From the NCBI GenBank assembly GCA_964016885.1, contig OZ024744.1:14322001-14386000 (forward strand): a stretch of 64,000 nucleotides of DNA, given 5' to 3'. The notes beneath the pieces were generated by a model. That model ran no database searches and had not been told where the DNA came from. It saw nothing but the letters and a program-made list of their open reading frames with translations. This document shows positions 48,001 through 63,000 of the stretch, one piece after another. Positions within the stretch are counted from its first letter, which is position 1; the number at the start of each line of letters is the position of its first letter. The DNA is from Eledone cirrhosa. Lineage: Eukaryota. The translations under genes were made by a program, and so were the position numbers.

Positions 48001-51000
48001 GATCCCACCAGGATAGAAGCCCCATACTACTCTATGTTGTGACTTGATGTCAATAGTTTCCCTGTGATCCCACCAGGGTAGAAGCCCCATACTAATCTAT
48101 GTTGTGACTTGATGTCAATAGTTTCCCTGTGATCTCACCAGGATAGAAGCCCCATACTAATCTATGTTGTGACTTGATGTCAATAGTTTCCCTGTGATCC
48201 CACCAGGATAGAAGCCCCATACTATTCTATGTTGTGACTGGATGTCAATAGTTTCCCTGTGATCCCACCAGGATAGAAGCCCCATACTAATCTATGTTGT
48301 GACTTGATGTCAATAGTTGCACTGTGATCCCACCAGGGTAGAAGCCCCATACTAATCTATGTTGTGACTTGATGTCAATAGTTGCACTGTGATCCCACCA
48401 GGATAGAAGCCCCATACTAATCTATGTTATGACTTGATGTCAATAGTTTCCCTGTGATCCCACCAGGATAGAAGCCCCATACTATTCTATGTTATGACTT
48501 GATGTCAATAGTTTCCCTGTGATCCCACCAGGATAGAAGCCCCATACTAATCTATGTTGTGACTTGATGTCAATAGTTTCCCTGTGATCCCACGAGGATA
48601 GAAGCCCCATACTATTCTATGTTGTGACTTGATGTCAATAGTTTCCCTGTGATCCCACCAGGATAGAAGCCCCATACTATTCTATGTTGTGACTTGATGT
48701 CAATAGTTGCCCTGTGATCCCACCAGGGTAGAAGCCCCATACTAATCGCTGTATGTTGTGACTTGATGTCAATAGTTTCCCTGTGATCCCACCAGGATAG
48801 AAGCCCCATACTAATCTATGTATGTTGTGACTTGATGTCAATAGTTGCACTGTGATCCCACCAGGATAGAAGCCCCATACTAATCTAAGTATGTTGTGAC
48901 TTGATGTCAATAGTTGCACTGTGATCCCACCAGGATAGAAGCCCCATACTAATCTCTGTATGTTGTGACTTGATGTCAATAGTTTCCCTGTGATCCCACC
49001 AGGATAGAAGCCCCATACTAATCTATGTTATGACTTGATGTCAATAGTTTCCCTGTGATCCCACCAGGATAGAATCCCCATACTAATCTATGTTGTGACT
49101 TGATGTCAATAGTTTCCCTGTGATCCCACCAGGATAGAAGCCCCATACTAATCTATGTTATGACTTGATGTCAATAGTTTCCCTGTGATCCACCAGGATA
49201 GAAGCCCCATACTAATCTATGTTGTGACTTGATGTCAATAGTTTCCCTGTGATCCCACCAGGATAGAAGCCCCATACTAATCTATGTTGTGACTTGATGT
49301 CAATAGTTTCCCTGTGATCCGACCAGGATAGAAGCCCCATACTAATCTATGTTGTGACTTGATGTCAATAGTTTCCCTGTGATCCCACCAGGATAGAAGC
49401 CCCATACTAATCTATGTTGTGACTTGATGTCAATAGTTGCACTGTGATCCCACCAGGATAGAAGCCCCATACTAATCTCTGTATGTTGTGACTTGATGTC
49501 AATAGTTGCACTGTGATCCCACCAGGATAGAAGCCCCATACTAATCTATGTTGTGACTTGATGTCAATAGTTTCCCTGTGATCCTACCAGGATAGAAGCC
49601 CCATACTATTCTATGTTGTGACTTGATGTCAATAGTTTCCCTGTGATCCTACCAGGATAGAAGCCCCATACTATTCTATGTTGTGACTTGATGTCAATAG
49701 TTTCCCTGTGATCCCACCAGGATAGAAGCCCCATACTAATCTATGTTGTGACTTGATGTCAATAGTTTCCCTGTGATCCTACCAGGATAGAAGCCCCATA
49801 CTAATCTATGTATGTTGTGACTTGATGTCAATAGTTTCCCTGTGATCCCACCAGGATAGAAGCCCCATACTAATCTATGTATGTTGTGACTTTATGTCAA
49901 TAGTTTCCCTGTGATCCCACCAGGATAGAAGCCCCATACTAATCTATGTATGTTGTGACTTGATGTCAATAGTTTCCCTGTGATCCCACCAGGATAGAAG
50001 CCCCATACTAATCTATGTATGTTGTGACTTGATGTCAATAGTTGCACTGTGATCCCACCAGGATAGAAGCCCCATACTAATCTATGTTGTGACTTGATGT
50101 CAATAGTTTCCCTGTGATCCCACCAGGATAGAAGCCCCATACTACTCTATGTTGTGACTTGATGTCAATAGTTTCCCTGTGATCCCACCAGGGTAGAAGC
50201 CCCATACTAATCTATGTTGTGACTTGATGTCAATAGTTTCCCTGTGATCTCACCAGGATAGAAGCCCCATACTAATCTATGTTGTGACTTGATGTCAATA
50301 GTTTCCCTGTGATCCCACCAGGATAGAAGCCCCATACTATTCTATGTTGTGACTGGATGTCAATAGTTTCCCTGTGATCCCACCAGGATAGAAGCCCCAT
50401 ACTAATCTATGTTGTGACTTGATGTCAATAGTTGCACTGTGATCCCACCAGGGTAGAAGCCCCATACTAATCTATGTTGTGACTTGATGTCAATAGTTGC
50501 ACTGTGATCCCACCAGGATAGAAGCCCCATACTAATCTATGTTATGACTTGATGTCAATAGTTTCCCTGTGATCCCACCAGGATAGAAGCCCCATACTAT
50601 TCTATGTTATGACTTGATGTCAATAGTTTCCCTGTGATCCCACCAGGATAGAAGCCCCATACTAATCTATGTTGTGACTTGATGTCAATAGTTTCCCTGT
50701 GATCCCACGAGGATAGAAGCCCCATACTATTCTATGTTGTGACTTGATGTCAATAGTTTCCCTGTGATCCCACCAGGATAGAAGCCCCATACTATTCTAT
50801 GTTGTGACTTGATGTCAATAGTTGCCCTGTGATCCCACCAGGGTAGAAGCCCCATACTAATCGCTGTATGTTGTGACTTGATGTCAATAGTTTCCCTGTG
50901 ATCCCACCAGGATAGAAGCCCCATACTAATCTATGTATGTTGTGACTTGATGTCAATAGTTGCACTGTGATCCCACCAGGATAGAAGCCCCATACTAATC

Positions 51001-54000
51001 TAAGTATGTTGTGACTTGATGTCAATAGTTGCACTGTGATCCCACCAGGATAGAAGCCCCATACTAATCTCTGTATGTTGTGACTTGATGTCAATAGTTT
51101 CCCTGTGATCCCACCAGGATAGAAGCCCCATACTAATCTATGTTATGACTTGATGTCAATAGTTTCCCTGTGATCCCACCAGGATAGAAGCCCCATACTA
51201 TTCTATGTTATGACTTGATGTCAATAGTTTCCCTGTAATCCCACCAGGATAGAAGCCCCATACTAATCTATGTTGTGACTTGATGTCAATAGTTGCACTG
51301 TGATCCCACCAGGATAGATGCCCCATACTAATCTATGTTATGACTTGATGTCAATAATTTCCCTGTGATCCCACCAGGATAGAAGCCCCATACTAATCTA
51401 TGTTATGACTTGATGTCAATAGTTTCCCTGTGATCCCACCAGGATAGAAGCCCCATACTAATCTATGTTGTGACTTGATGTCAATAGTTTCCCTGTGATC
51501 CCACCAGGATAGAAGCCCCATACTAATCTATGTTGTGACTTGATGTCAATAGTTTCCCTGTGATCCCACCAGGATAGAAGCCCCATACTAATCTATGTTG
51601 TGACTTGATGTCAATAGTTTCCCTGTGATCCCACCAGGATAGAAGCCCCATACTAATCTATGTTGTGACTTGATGTCAATAGTTGCACTGTGATCCCACC
51701 AGGATAGAAGCCGCATACTAATCTCTGTATGTTGTGACTTGATGTCAATAGTTGCACTGTAATCCCACCAGGATAGAAGCCCCATACTAATCTATGTTGT
51801 GACTTGATGTCAATAGTTTCCCTGTGATCCTACCAGGATAGAAGCCCCATACTATTCTATGTTGTGACTTGATGTCAATAGTTTCCCTGTGATCCTACCA
51901 GGATAGAAGCCCCATACTATTCTATGTTGTGACTTGATGTCAATAGTTGCACTGTGATCCCACCAGGATAGAAGCCCCATACTAATCTCTGTATGTTGTG
52001 ACTTGATGTCAATAGTTTCCCTGTGATCCCACCAGGATAGAAGCCCCATACTAATCTATGTATGTTGTGACTTGATGTCAATAGTTTCCCTGTGATCCCA
52101 CCAGGATCGAAGCCCCATACTAATCTATGTTGTGACTTGATGTCAATAGTTGCACTGTGATCCCACCAGGGTAGAAGCCCCATACTAATCTCTGTATGTT
52201 GTGACTTGATGTCAATAGTTTCCCTGTGATCCCACCAGGGTGGAAGCACCATACTAATCGCTGTTGTGACTTGAAGTTCAATAGTTGCACTGTGATCCCA
52301 CCAGGGTAGAAGCCCCATACTAATCTATGTTGTGACTTGATGTCAATAGTTGCACTGTGATCCCCCCAGGATAGATGCCCCATACTAATCTATGTTGTGA
52401 CTTTATGTCAATAGTTTCCCTGTGATCCCACCAGGATAGAAGCCCCATACTATTCTATGTTATGACTTGATGTCAATAGTTGCACTGTGATCCCACCAGG
52501 ATAGAAGCCCCTTACTAATCTATGTTATGACTTGATGTCAATAGTTTCCCTGTGATCTCACCAGGATAGAAGCCCGATACTAATCCATGTTGTGACTTGA
52601 TGTCAATAGTTGCACTGTGATCCCACCAGGATAGAAGCCCCATACTAATCTATGTTGTGACTTGATGTCAATAGTTGCACTGTGATCCCACCAGGATAGA
52701 AGCCCCATACTATTCTATGTTGTGACTTGATGTCAATAGTTGCACTGTGATCCCACCAGGATAGAAGCCCTATACTATTCTATGTTGTGACTTGATGTCA
52801 ATAGTTTCCCTGTGATCCCACCAGGATAGAAGCCCCATACTAATCTATGTTGTGACTTGATGTCAATAGTTTCCCTGTGATCCCACCAGGATAGAAGCCC
52901 CATACTAATCTATGTTGTGACTTGATGTCAATAGTTTCCCTGTGATACCACCAGGATAGAAGCCCCATACTAATCTATGTTGTGACTTGATGTCAATAGT
53001 TTCCCTGTGATCCCACCAGGATAGAAGCCCCATAATAATCTATGTTGTGACTTGATGTCAATAGTTGCACTGTGATCCCACCAGGATAGAAGCCCCATAC
53101 TAATCTATGTTGTGACTTGATGTCAATAGTTGCACTGTGATCCCACCAGGATAGAAGCCCCATACTAATCTATGTTGTGACTTGATGTCAATAGTTGCAC
53201 TGTGATCCCACCAGGATAGAAGCCCCATACTATTCTATGTTGTGACTTGATGTCAATAGTTGCCCTGTGATCCCACCAGGATAGAAGCCCCGTACTAATC
53301 TATGTATGTTGTGACTTGATGTCAATAGTTTCCCTGTGATACCACCAGGGTAGAAGCCCCATACTAATCTATGTTGTGACTTGATGTCAATAGTTTCCCT
53401 GTGATCTCACCAGGATAGAAGCCCCATACTAATCTATGTTGTGACTTGATGTCAATAGTTTCCCTGTGATCCCACCAGGATAGAAGCCCCATACTATTCT
53501 ATGTTGTGACTGGATGTCAATAGTTTCCCTGTGATCCCACCAGGATAGAAGCCCCATACTAATCTATGTTGTGACTTGATGTCAATAGTTGCACTGTGAT
53601 CCCACCAGGGTAGAAGCCCCATACTAATCTATGTTGTGACTTGATGTCAATAGTTGCACTGTGATCCCACCAGGATAGAAGCCCCATACTAATCTATGTT
53701 ATGACTTGATGTCAATAGTTTCCCTGTGATCCCACCAGGATAGAAGCCCCATACTATTCTATGTTATGACTTGATGTCAAAAGTTTCCCTGTGATCCCAC
53801 CAGGATAGAAGCCCCATACTAATCTATGTTGTGACTTGATGTCAATAGTTTCCCTGTGATCCCAAGAGGATAGAAGCCCCATACTATTCTATGTTGTGAC
53901 TTGATGTCAATAGTTTCCCTGTGATCCCACCAGGATAGAAGCCCCATACTATTCTATGTTGTGACTTGATGTCAATAGTTGCCCTGTGATCCCACCAGGG

Positions 54001-57000
54001 TAGAAGCCCCATACTAATCGCTGTATGTTGTGACTTGATGTCAATAGTTTCCCTGTGATCCCACCAGGATAGAAGCCCCATACTAATCTATGTATGTTGT
54101 GACTTGATGTCAATAGTTGCACTGTGATCCCACCAGGATAGAAGCCCCATACTAATCTATGTATGTTGTGACTTGATGTCAATAGTTGCACTGTGATCCC
54201 ACCAGGATAGAAGCCCCATACTAATCTCTGTATGTTGTGACTTGATGTCAATAGTTTCCCTGTGATCCCACCAGGATAGAAGCCCCATACTAATCTATGT
54301 TATGACTTGATGTCAATAGTTTCCCTGTGATCCCACCAGGATAGAAGCCCCATACTATTCTATGTTATGACTTGATGTCAATAGTTTCCCTGTAATCCCA
54401 CCAGGATAGAAGCCCCATACTAATCTATGTTGTGACTTGATGTCAATAGTTGCACTGTGATCCCACCAGGATAGATGCCCCATACTAATCTATGTTATGA
54501 CTTGATGTCAATAATTTCCCTGTGATCCCACCAGGATAGAAGCCCCATACTAATCTATGTTATGACTTGATGTCAATAGTTTCCCTGTGATCCCACCAGG
54601 ATAGAAGCCCCATACTAATCTATGTTGTGACTTGATGTCAATAGTTTCCCTGTGATCCCACCAGGATAGAAGCCCCATACTAATCTATGTTGTGACTTGA
54701 TGTCAATAGTTTCCCTGTGATCCCACCAGGATAGAAGCCCCATACTAATCTATGTTGTGACTTGATGTCAATAGTTGCACTGTGATCCCACCAGGATAGA
54801 AGCCGCATACTAATCTCTGTATGTTGTGACTTGATGTCAATAGTTGCACTGTAATCCCACCAGGATAGAAGCCCCATACTAATCTATGTTGTGACTTGAT
54901 GTCAATAGTTTCCCTGTGATCCTACCAGGATAGAAGCCCCATACTATTCTATGTTGTGACTTGATGTCAATAGTTTCCCTGTGATCCTACCAGGATAGAA
55001 GCCCCATACTATTCTATGTTGTGACTTGATGTCAATAGTTGCACTGTGATCCCACCAGGATAGAAGCCCCATACTAATCTCTGTATGTTGTGACTTGATG
55101 TCAATAGTTTCCCTGTGATCCCACCAGGATAGAAGCCCCATACTAATCTCTGTATGTTGTGACTTGATGTCAATAGTTTCCCTGTGATCCCACCAGGATA
55201 GAAGCCCCATACTAATCTATGTATGTTGTGACTTGATGTCAATAGTTTCCCTGTGATCCCACCAGGATCGAAGCCCCATACTAATCTATGTTGTGACTTG
55301 ATGTCAATAGTTGCACTGTGATCCCACCAGGGTAGAAGCCCCATACTAATCTCTGTATGTTGTGACTTGATGTCAATAGTTTCCCTGTGATCCCACCAGG
55401 GTGGAAGCACCATACTAATCGCTGTTGTGACTTGAAGTTCAATAGTTGCACTGTGATCCCACCAGGGTAGAAGCCCCATACTAATCTATGTTGTGACTTG
55501 ATGTCAATAGTTGCACTGTGATCCCCCCAGGATAGATGCCCCATACTAATCTATGTTGTGACTTTATGTCAATAGTTTCCCTGTGATCCCACCAGGATAG
55601 AAGCCCCATACTATTCTATGTTATGACTTGATGTCAATAGTTGCACTGTGATCCCACCAGGATAGAAGCCCCTTACTAATCTATGTTATGACTTGATGTC
55701 AATAGTTTCCCTGTGATCTCACCAGGATAGAAGCCCGATACTAATCCATGTTGTGACTTGATGTCAATAGTTGCACTGTGATCCCACCAGGATAGAAGCC
55801 CCATACTAATCTATGTTGTGACTTGATGTCAATAGTTGCACTGTGATCCCACCAGGATAGAAGCCCCATACTATTCTATGTTGTGACTTGATGTCAATAG
55901 TTGCACTGTGATCCCACCAGGATAGAAGCCCTATACTATTCTATGTTGTGACTTGATGTCAATAGTTTCCCTGTGATCCCACCAGGATAGAAGCCCCATA
56001 CTAATCTATGTTGTGACTTGATGTCAATAGTTTCCCTGTGATCCCACCAGGATAGAAGCCCCATACTAATCTATGTTGTGACTTGATGTCAATAGTTTCC
56101 CTGTGATACCACCAGGATAGAAGCCCCATACTAATCTATGTTGTGACTTGATGTCAATAGTTTCCCTGTGATCCCACCAGGATAGAAGCCCCATAATAAT
56201 CTATGTTGTGACTTGATGTCAATAGTTGCACTGTGATCCCACCAGGATAGAAGCCCCATACTAATCTATGTTGTGACTTGATGTCAATAGTTGCACTGTG
56301 ATCCCACCAGGATAGAAGCCCCATACTAATCTATGTTGTGACTTGATGTCAATAGTTGCACTGTGATCCCACCAGGATAGAAGCCCCATACTATTCTATG
56401 TTGTGACTTGATGTCAATAGTTGCCCTGTGATCCCACCAGGATAGAAGCCCCGTACTAATCTATGTATGTTGTGACTTGATGTCAATAGTTTCCCTGTGA
56501 TACCACCAGGGTAGAAGCCCCATACTAATCTATGTTGTGACTTGATGTCAATAGTTTCCCTGTGATCTCACCAGGATAGAAGCCCCATACTAATCTATGT
56601 TGTGACTTGATGTCAATAGTTTCCCTGTGATCCCACCAGGATAGAAGCCCCATACTATTCTATGTTGTGACTGGATGTCAATAGTTTCCCTGTGATCCCA
56701 CCAGGATAGAAGCCCCATACTAATCTATGTTGTGACTTGATGTCAATAGTTGCACTGTGATCCCACCAGGGTAGAAGCCCCATACTAATCTATGTTGTGA
56801 CTTGATGTCAATAGTTGCACTGTGATCCCACCAGGATAGAAGCCCCATACTAATCTATGTTATGACTTGATGTCAATAGTTTCCCTGTGATCCCACCAGG
56901 ATAGAAGCCCCATACTATTCTATGTTATGACTTGATGTCAAAAGTTTCCCTGTGATCCCACCAGGATAGAAGCCCCATACTAATCTATGTTGTGACTTGA

Positions 57001-60000
57001 TGTCAATAGTTTCCCTGTGATCCCAAGAGGATAGAAGCCCCATACTATTCTATGTTGTGACTTGATGTCAATAGTTTCCCTGTGATCCCACCAGGATAGA
57101 AGCCCCATACTATTCTATGTTGTGACTTGATGTCAATAGTTGCCCTGTGATCCCACCAGGGTAGAAGCCCCATACTAATCGCTGTATGTTGTGACTTGAT
57201 GTCAATAGTTTCCCTGTGATCCCACCAGGATAGAAGCCCCATACTAATCTATGTATGTTGTGACTTGATGTCAATAGTTGCACTGTGATCCCACCAGGAT
57301 AGAAGCCCCATACTAATCTATGTATGTTGTGACTTGATGTCAATAGTTGCACTGTGATCCCACCAGGATAGAAGCCCCATACTAATCTCTGTATGTTGTG
57401 ACTTGATGTCAATAGTTTCCCTGTGATCCCACCAGGATAGAAGCCCCATACTAATCTATGTTATGACTTGATGTCAATAGTTTCCCTGTGATCCCACCAG
57501 GATTGAAGCCCCATACTATTCTATGTTATGACTTGATGTCAATAGTTTCCCTGTAATCCCACCAGGATAGAAGCCCCATACTAATCTATGTTGTGACTTG
57601 ATGTCAATAGTTGCACTGTGATCCCACCAGGATAGATGCCCCATACTAATCTATGTTATGACTTGATGTCAATAATTTCCCTGTGATCCCACCAGGATAG
57701 AAGCCCCATACTAATCTATGTTATGACTTGATGTCAATAGTTTCCCTGTGATCCCACCAGGATAGAAGCCCCATACTAATCTATGTTGTGACTTGATGTC
57801 AATAGTTTCCCTGTGATCCCACCAGGATAGAAGCCCCATACTAATCTATGTTGTGACTTGATGTCAATAGTTTCCCTGTGATCCCACCAGGATAGAAGCC
57901 CCATACTAATCTATGTTGTGACTTGATGTCAATAGTTTCCCTGTGATCCCACCAGGATAGAAGCCCCATACTAATCTATGTTGTGACTTGATGTCAATAG
58001 TTGCACTGTGATCCCACCAGGATAGAAGCCGCATACTAATCTCTGTATGTTGTGACTTGATGTCAATAGTTGCACTGTAAACCCACCAGGATAGAAGCCC
58101 CTTACTAATCTATGTTATGACTTGATGTCAATAGTTTCCCTGTGATCTCACCAGGATAGAAGCCCGATACTAATCCATGTTGTGACTTGATGTCAATAGT
58201 TGCACTGTGATCCCACCAGGATAGAAGCCCCATACTAATCTATGTTGTGACTTGATGTCAATAGTTGCACTGTGATCCCACCAGGATAGAAGCCCCATAC
58301 TATTCTATGTTGTGACTTGATGTCAATAGTTGCACTGTGATCCCACCAGGATAGAAGCCCTATACTATTCTATGTTGTGACTTGATGTCAATAGTTTCCC
58401 TGTGATCCCACCAGGATAGAAGCCCCATACTAATCTATGTTGTGACTTGATGTCAATAGTTTCCCTGTGATCCCACCAGGATAGAAGCCCCATACTAATC
58501 TATGTTGTGACTTGATGTCAATAGTTTCCCTGTGATACCACCAGGATAGAAGCCCCATACTAATCTATGTTGTGACTTGATGTCAATAGTTTCCCTGTGA
58601 TCCCACCAGGATAGAAGCCCCATAATAATCTATGTTGTGACTTGATGTCAATAGTTGCACTGTGATCCCACCAGGATAGAAGCCCCATACTAATCTATGT
58701 TGTGACTTGATGTCAATAGTTGCACTGTGATCCCACCAGGATAGAAGCCCCATACTAATCTATGTTGTGACTTGATGTCAATAGTTGCACTGTGATCCCA
58801 CCAGGATAGAAGCCCCATACTATTCTATGTTGTGACTTGATGTCAATAGTTGCCCTGTGATCCCACCAGGATAGAAGCCCCGTACTAATCTATGTATGTT
58901 GTGACTTGATGTCAATAGTTTCCCTGTGATACCACCAGGGTAGAAGCCCCATACTAATCTATGTTGTGACTTGATGTCAATAGTTTCCCTGTGATCTCAC
59001 CAGGATAGAAGCCCCATACTAATCTATGTTGTGACTTGATGTCAATAGTTTCCCTGTGATCCCACCAGGATAGAAGCCCCATACTATTCTATGTTGTGAC
59101 TGGATGTCAATAGTTTCCCTGTGATCCCACCAGGATAGAAGCCCCATACTAATCTATGTTGTGACTTGATGTCAATAGTTGCACTGTGATCCCACCAGGG
59201 TAGAAGCCCCATACTAATCTATGTTGTGACTTGATGTCAATAGTTGCACTGTGATCCCACCAGGATAGAAGCCCCATACTAATCTATGTTATGACTTGAT
59301 GTCAATAGTTTCCCTGTGATCCCACCAGGATAGAAGCCCCATACTATTCTATGTTATGACTTGATGTCAAAAGTTTCCCTGTGATCCCACCAGGATAGAA
59401 GCCCCATACTAATCTATGTTGTGACTTGATGTCAATAGTTTCCCTGTGATCCCAAGAGGATAGAAGCCCCATACTATTCTATGTTGTGACTTGATGTCAA
59501 TAGTTTCCCTGTGATCCCACCAGGATAGAAGCCCCATACTATTCTATGTTGTGACTTGATGTCAATAGTTGCCCTGTGATCCCACCAGGGTAGAAGCCCC
59601 ATACTAATCGCTGTATGTTGTGACTTGATGTCAATAGTTTCCCTGTGATCCCACCAGGATAGAAGCCCCATACTAATCTATGTATGTTGTGACTTGATGT
59701 CAATAGTTGCACTGTGATCCCACCAGGATAGAAGCCCCATACTAATCTATGTATGTTGTGACTTGATGTCAATAGTTGCACTGTGATCCCACCAGGATAG
59801 AAGCCCCATACTAATCTCTGTATGTTGTGACTTGATGTCAATAGTTTCCCTGTGATCCCACCAGGATAGAAGCCCCATACTAATCTATGTTATGACTTGA
59901 TGTCAATAGTTTCCCTGTGATCCCACCAGGATAGAAGCCCCATACTATTCTATGTTATGACTTGATGTCAATAGTTTCCCTGTAATCCCACCAGGATAGA

Positions 60001-63000
60001 AGCCCCATACTAATCTATGTTGTGACTTGATGTCAATAGTTGCACTGTGATCCCACCAGGATAGATGCCCCATACTAATCTATGTTATGACTTGATGTCA
60101 ATAATTTCCCTGTGATCCCACCAGGATAGAAGCCCCATACTAATCTATGTTATGACTTGATGTCAATAGTTTCCCTGTGATCCCACCAGGATAGAAGCCC
60201 CATACTAATCTATGTTGTGACTTGATGTCAATAGTTTCCCTGTGATCCCACCAGGATAGAAGCCCCATACTAATCTATGTTGTGACTTGATGTCAATAGT
60301 TTCCCTGTGATCCCACCAGGATAGAAGCCCCATACTAATCTATGTTGTGACTTGATGTCAATAGTTGCACTGTGATCCCACCAGGATAGAAGCCGCATAC
60401 TAATCTCTGTATGTTGTGACTTGATGTCAATAGTTGCACTGTAATCCCACCAGGATAGAAGCCCCATACTAATCTATGTTGTGACTTGATGTCAATAGTT
60501 TCCCTGTGATCCTACCAGGATAGAAGCCCCATACTATTCTATGTTGTGACTTGATGTCAATAGTTTCCCTGTGATCCTACCAGGATAGAAGCCCCATACT
60601 ATTCTATGTTGTGACTTGATGTCAATAGTTGCACTGTGATCCCACCAGGATAGAAGCCCCATACTAATCTCTGTATGTTGTGACTTGATGTCAATAGTTT
60701 CCCTGTGATCCCACCAGGATAGAAGCCCCATACTAATCTCTGTATGTTGTGACTTGATGTCAATAGTTTCCCTGTGATCCCACCAGGATAGAAGCCCCAT
60801 ACTAATCTATGTATGTTGTGACTTGATGTCAATAGTTTCCCTGTGATCCCACCAGGATCGAAGCCCCATACTAATCTATGTTGTGACTTGATGTCAATAG
60901 TTGCACTGTGATCCCACCAGGGTAGAAGCCCCATACTAATCTCTGTATGTTGTGACTTGATGTCAATAGTTTCCCTGTGATCCCACCAGGGTGGAAGCAC
61001 CATACTAATCGCTGTTGTGACTTGAAGTTCAATAGTTGCACTGTGATCCCACCAGGGTAGAAGCCCCATACTAATCTATGTTGTGACTTGATGTCAATAG
61101 TTGCACTGTGATCCCCCCAGGATAGATGCCCCATACTAATCTATGTTGTGACTTTATGTCAATAGTTTCCCTGTGATCCCACCAGGATAGAAGCCCCATA
61201 CTATTCTATGTTATGACTTGATGTCAATAGTTGCACTGTGATCCCACCAGGATAGAAGCCCCTTACTAATCTATGTTATGACTTGATGTCAATAGTTTCC
61301 CTGTGATCTCACCAGGATAGAAGCCCGATACTAATCCATGTTGTGACTTGATGTCAATAGTTGCACTGTGATCCCACCAGGATAGAAGCCCCATACTAAT
61401 CTATGTTGTGACTTGATGTCAATAGTTGCACTGTGATCCCACCAGGATAGAAGCCCCATACTATTCTATGTTGTGACTTGATGTCAATAGTTGCACTGTG
61501 ATCCCACCAGGATAGAAGCCCTATACTATTCTATGTTGTGACTTGATGTCAATAGTTTCCCTGTGATCCCACCAGGATAGAAGCCCCATACTAATCTATG
61601 TTGTGACTTGATGTCAATAGTTTCCCTGTGATCCCACCAGGATAGAAGCCCCATACTAATCTATGTTGTGACTTGATGTCAATAGTTTCCCTGTGATACC
61701 ACCAGGATAGAAGCCCCATACTAATCTATGTTGTGACTTGATGTCAATAGTTTCCCTGTGATCCCACCAGGATAGAAGCCCCATAATAATCTATGTTGTG
61801 ACTTGATGTCAATAGTTGCACTGTGATCCCACCAGGATAGAAGCCCCATACTAATCTATGTTGTGACTTGATGTCAATAGTTGCACTGTGATCCCACCAG
61901 GATAGAAGCCCCATACTAATCTATGTTGTGACTTGATGTCAATAGTTGCACTGTGATCCCACCAGGATAGAAGCCCCATACTATTCTATGTTGTGACTTG
62001 ATGTCAATAGTTGCCCTGTGATCCCACCAGGATAGAAGCCCCGTACTAATCTATGTATGTTGTGACTTGATGTCAATAGTTTCCCTGTGATACCACCAGG
62101 GTAGAAGCCCCATACTAATCTATGTTGTGACTTGATGTCAATAGTTTCCCTGTGATCTCACCAGGATAGAAGCCCCATACTAATCTATGTTGTGACTTGA
62201 TGTCAATAGTTTCCCTGTGATCCCACCAGGATAGAAGCCCCATACTATTCTATGTTGTGACTGGATGTCAATAGTTTCCCTGTGATCCCACCAGGATAGA
62301 AGCCCCATACTAATCTATGTTGTGACTTGATGTCAATAGTTGCACTGTGATCCCACCAGGGTAGAAGCCCCATACTAATCTATGTTGTGACTTGATGTCA
62401 ATAGTTGCACTGTGATCCCACCAGGATAGAAGCCCCATACTAATCTATGTTATGACTTGATGTCAATAGTTTCCCTGTGATCCCACCAGGATAGAAGCCC
62501 CATACTATTCTATGTTATGACTTGATGTCAAAAGTTTCCCTGTGATCCCACCAGGATAGAAGCCCCATACTAATCTATGTTGTGACTTGATGTCAATAGT
62601 TTCCCTGTGATCCCAAGAGGATAGAAGCCCCATACTATTCTATGTTGTGACTTGATGTCAATAGTTTCCCTGTGATCCCACCAGGATAGAAGCCCCATAC
62701 TATTCTATGTTGTGACTTGATGTCAATAGTTGCCCTGTGATCCCACCAGGGTAGAAGCCCCATACTAATCGCTGTATGTTGTGACTTGATGTCAATAGTT
62801 TCCCTGTGATCCCACCAGGATAGAAGCCCCATACTAATCTATGTATGTTGTGACTTGATGTCAATAGTTGCACTGTGATCCCACCAGGATAGAAGCCCCA
62901 TACTAATCTATGTATGTTGTGACTTGATGTCAATAGTTGCACTGTGATCCCACCAGGATAGAAGCCCCATACTAATCTCTGTATGTTGTGACTTGATGTC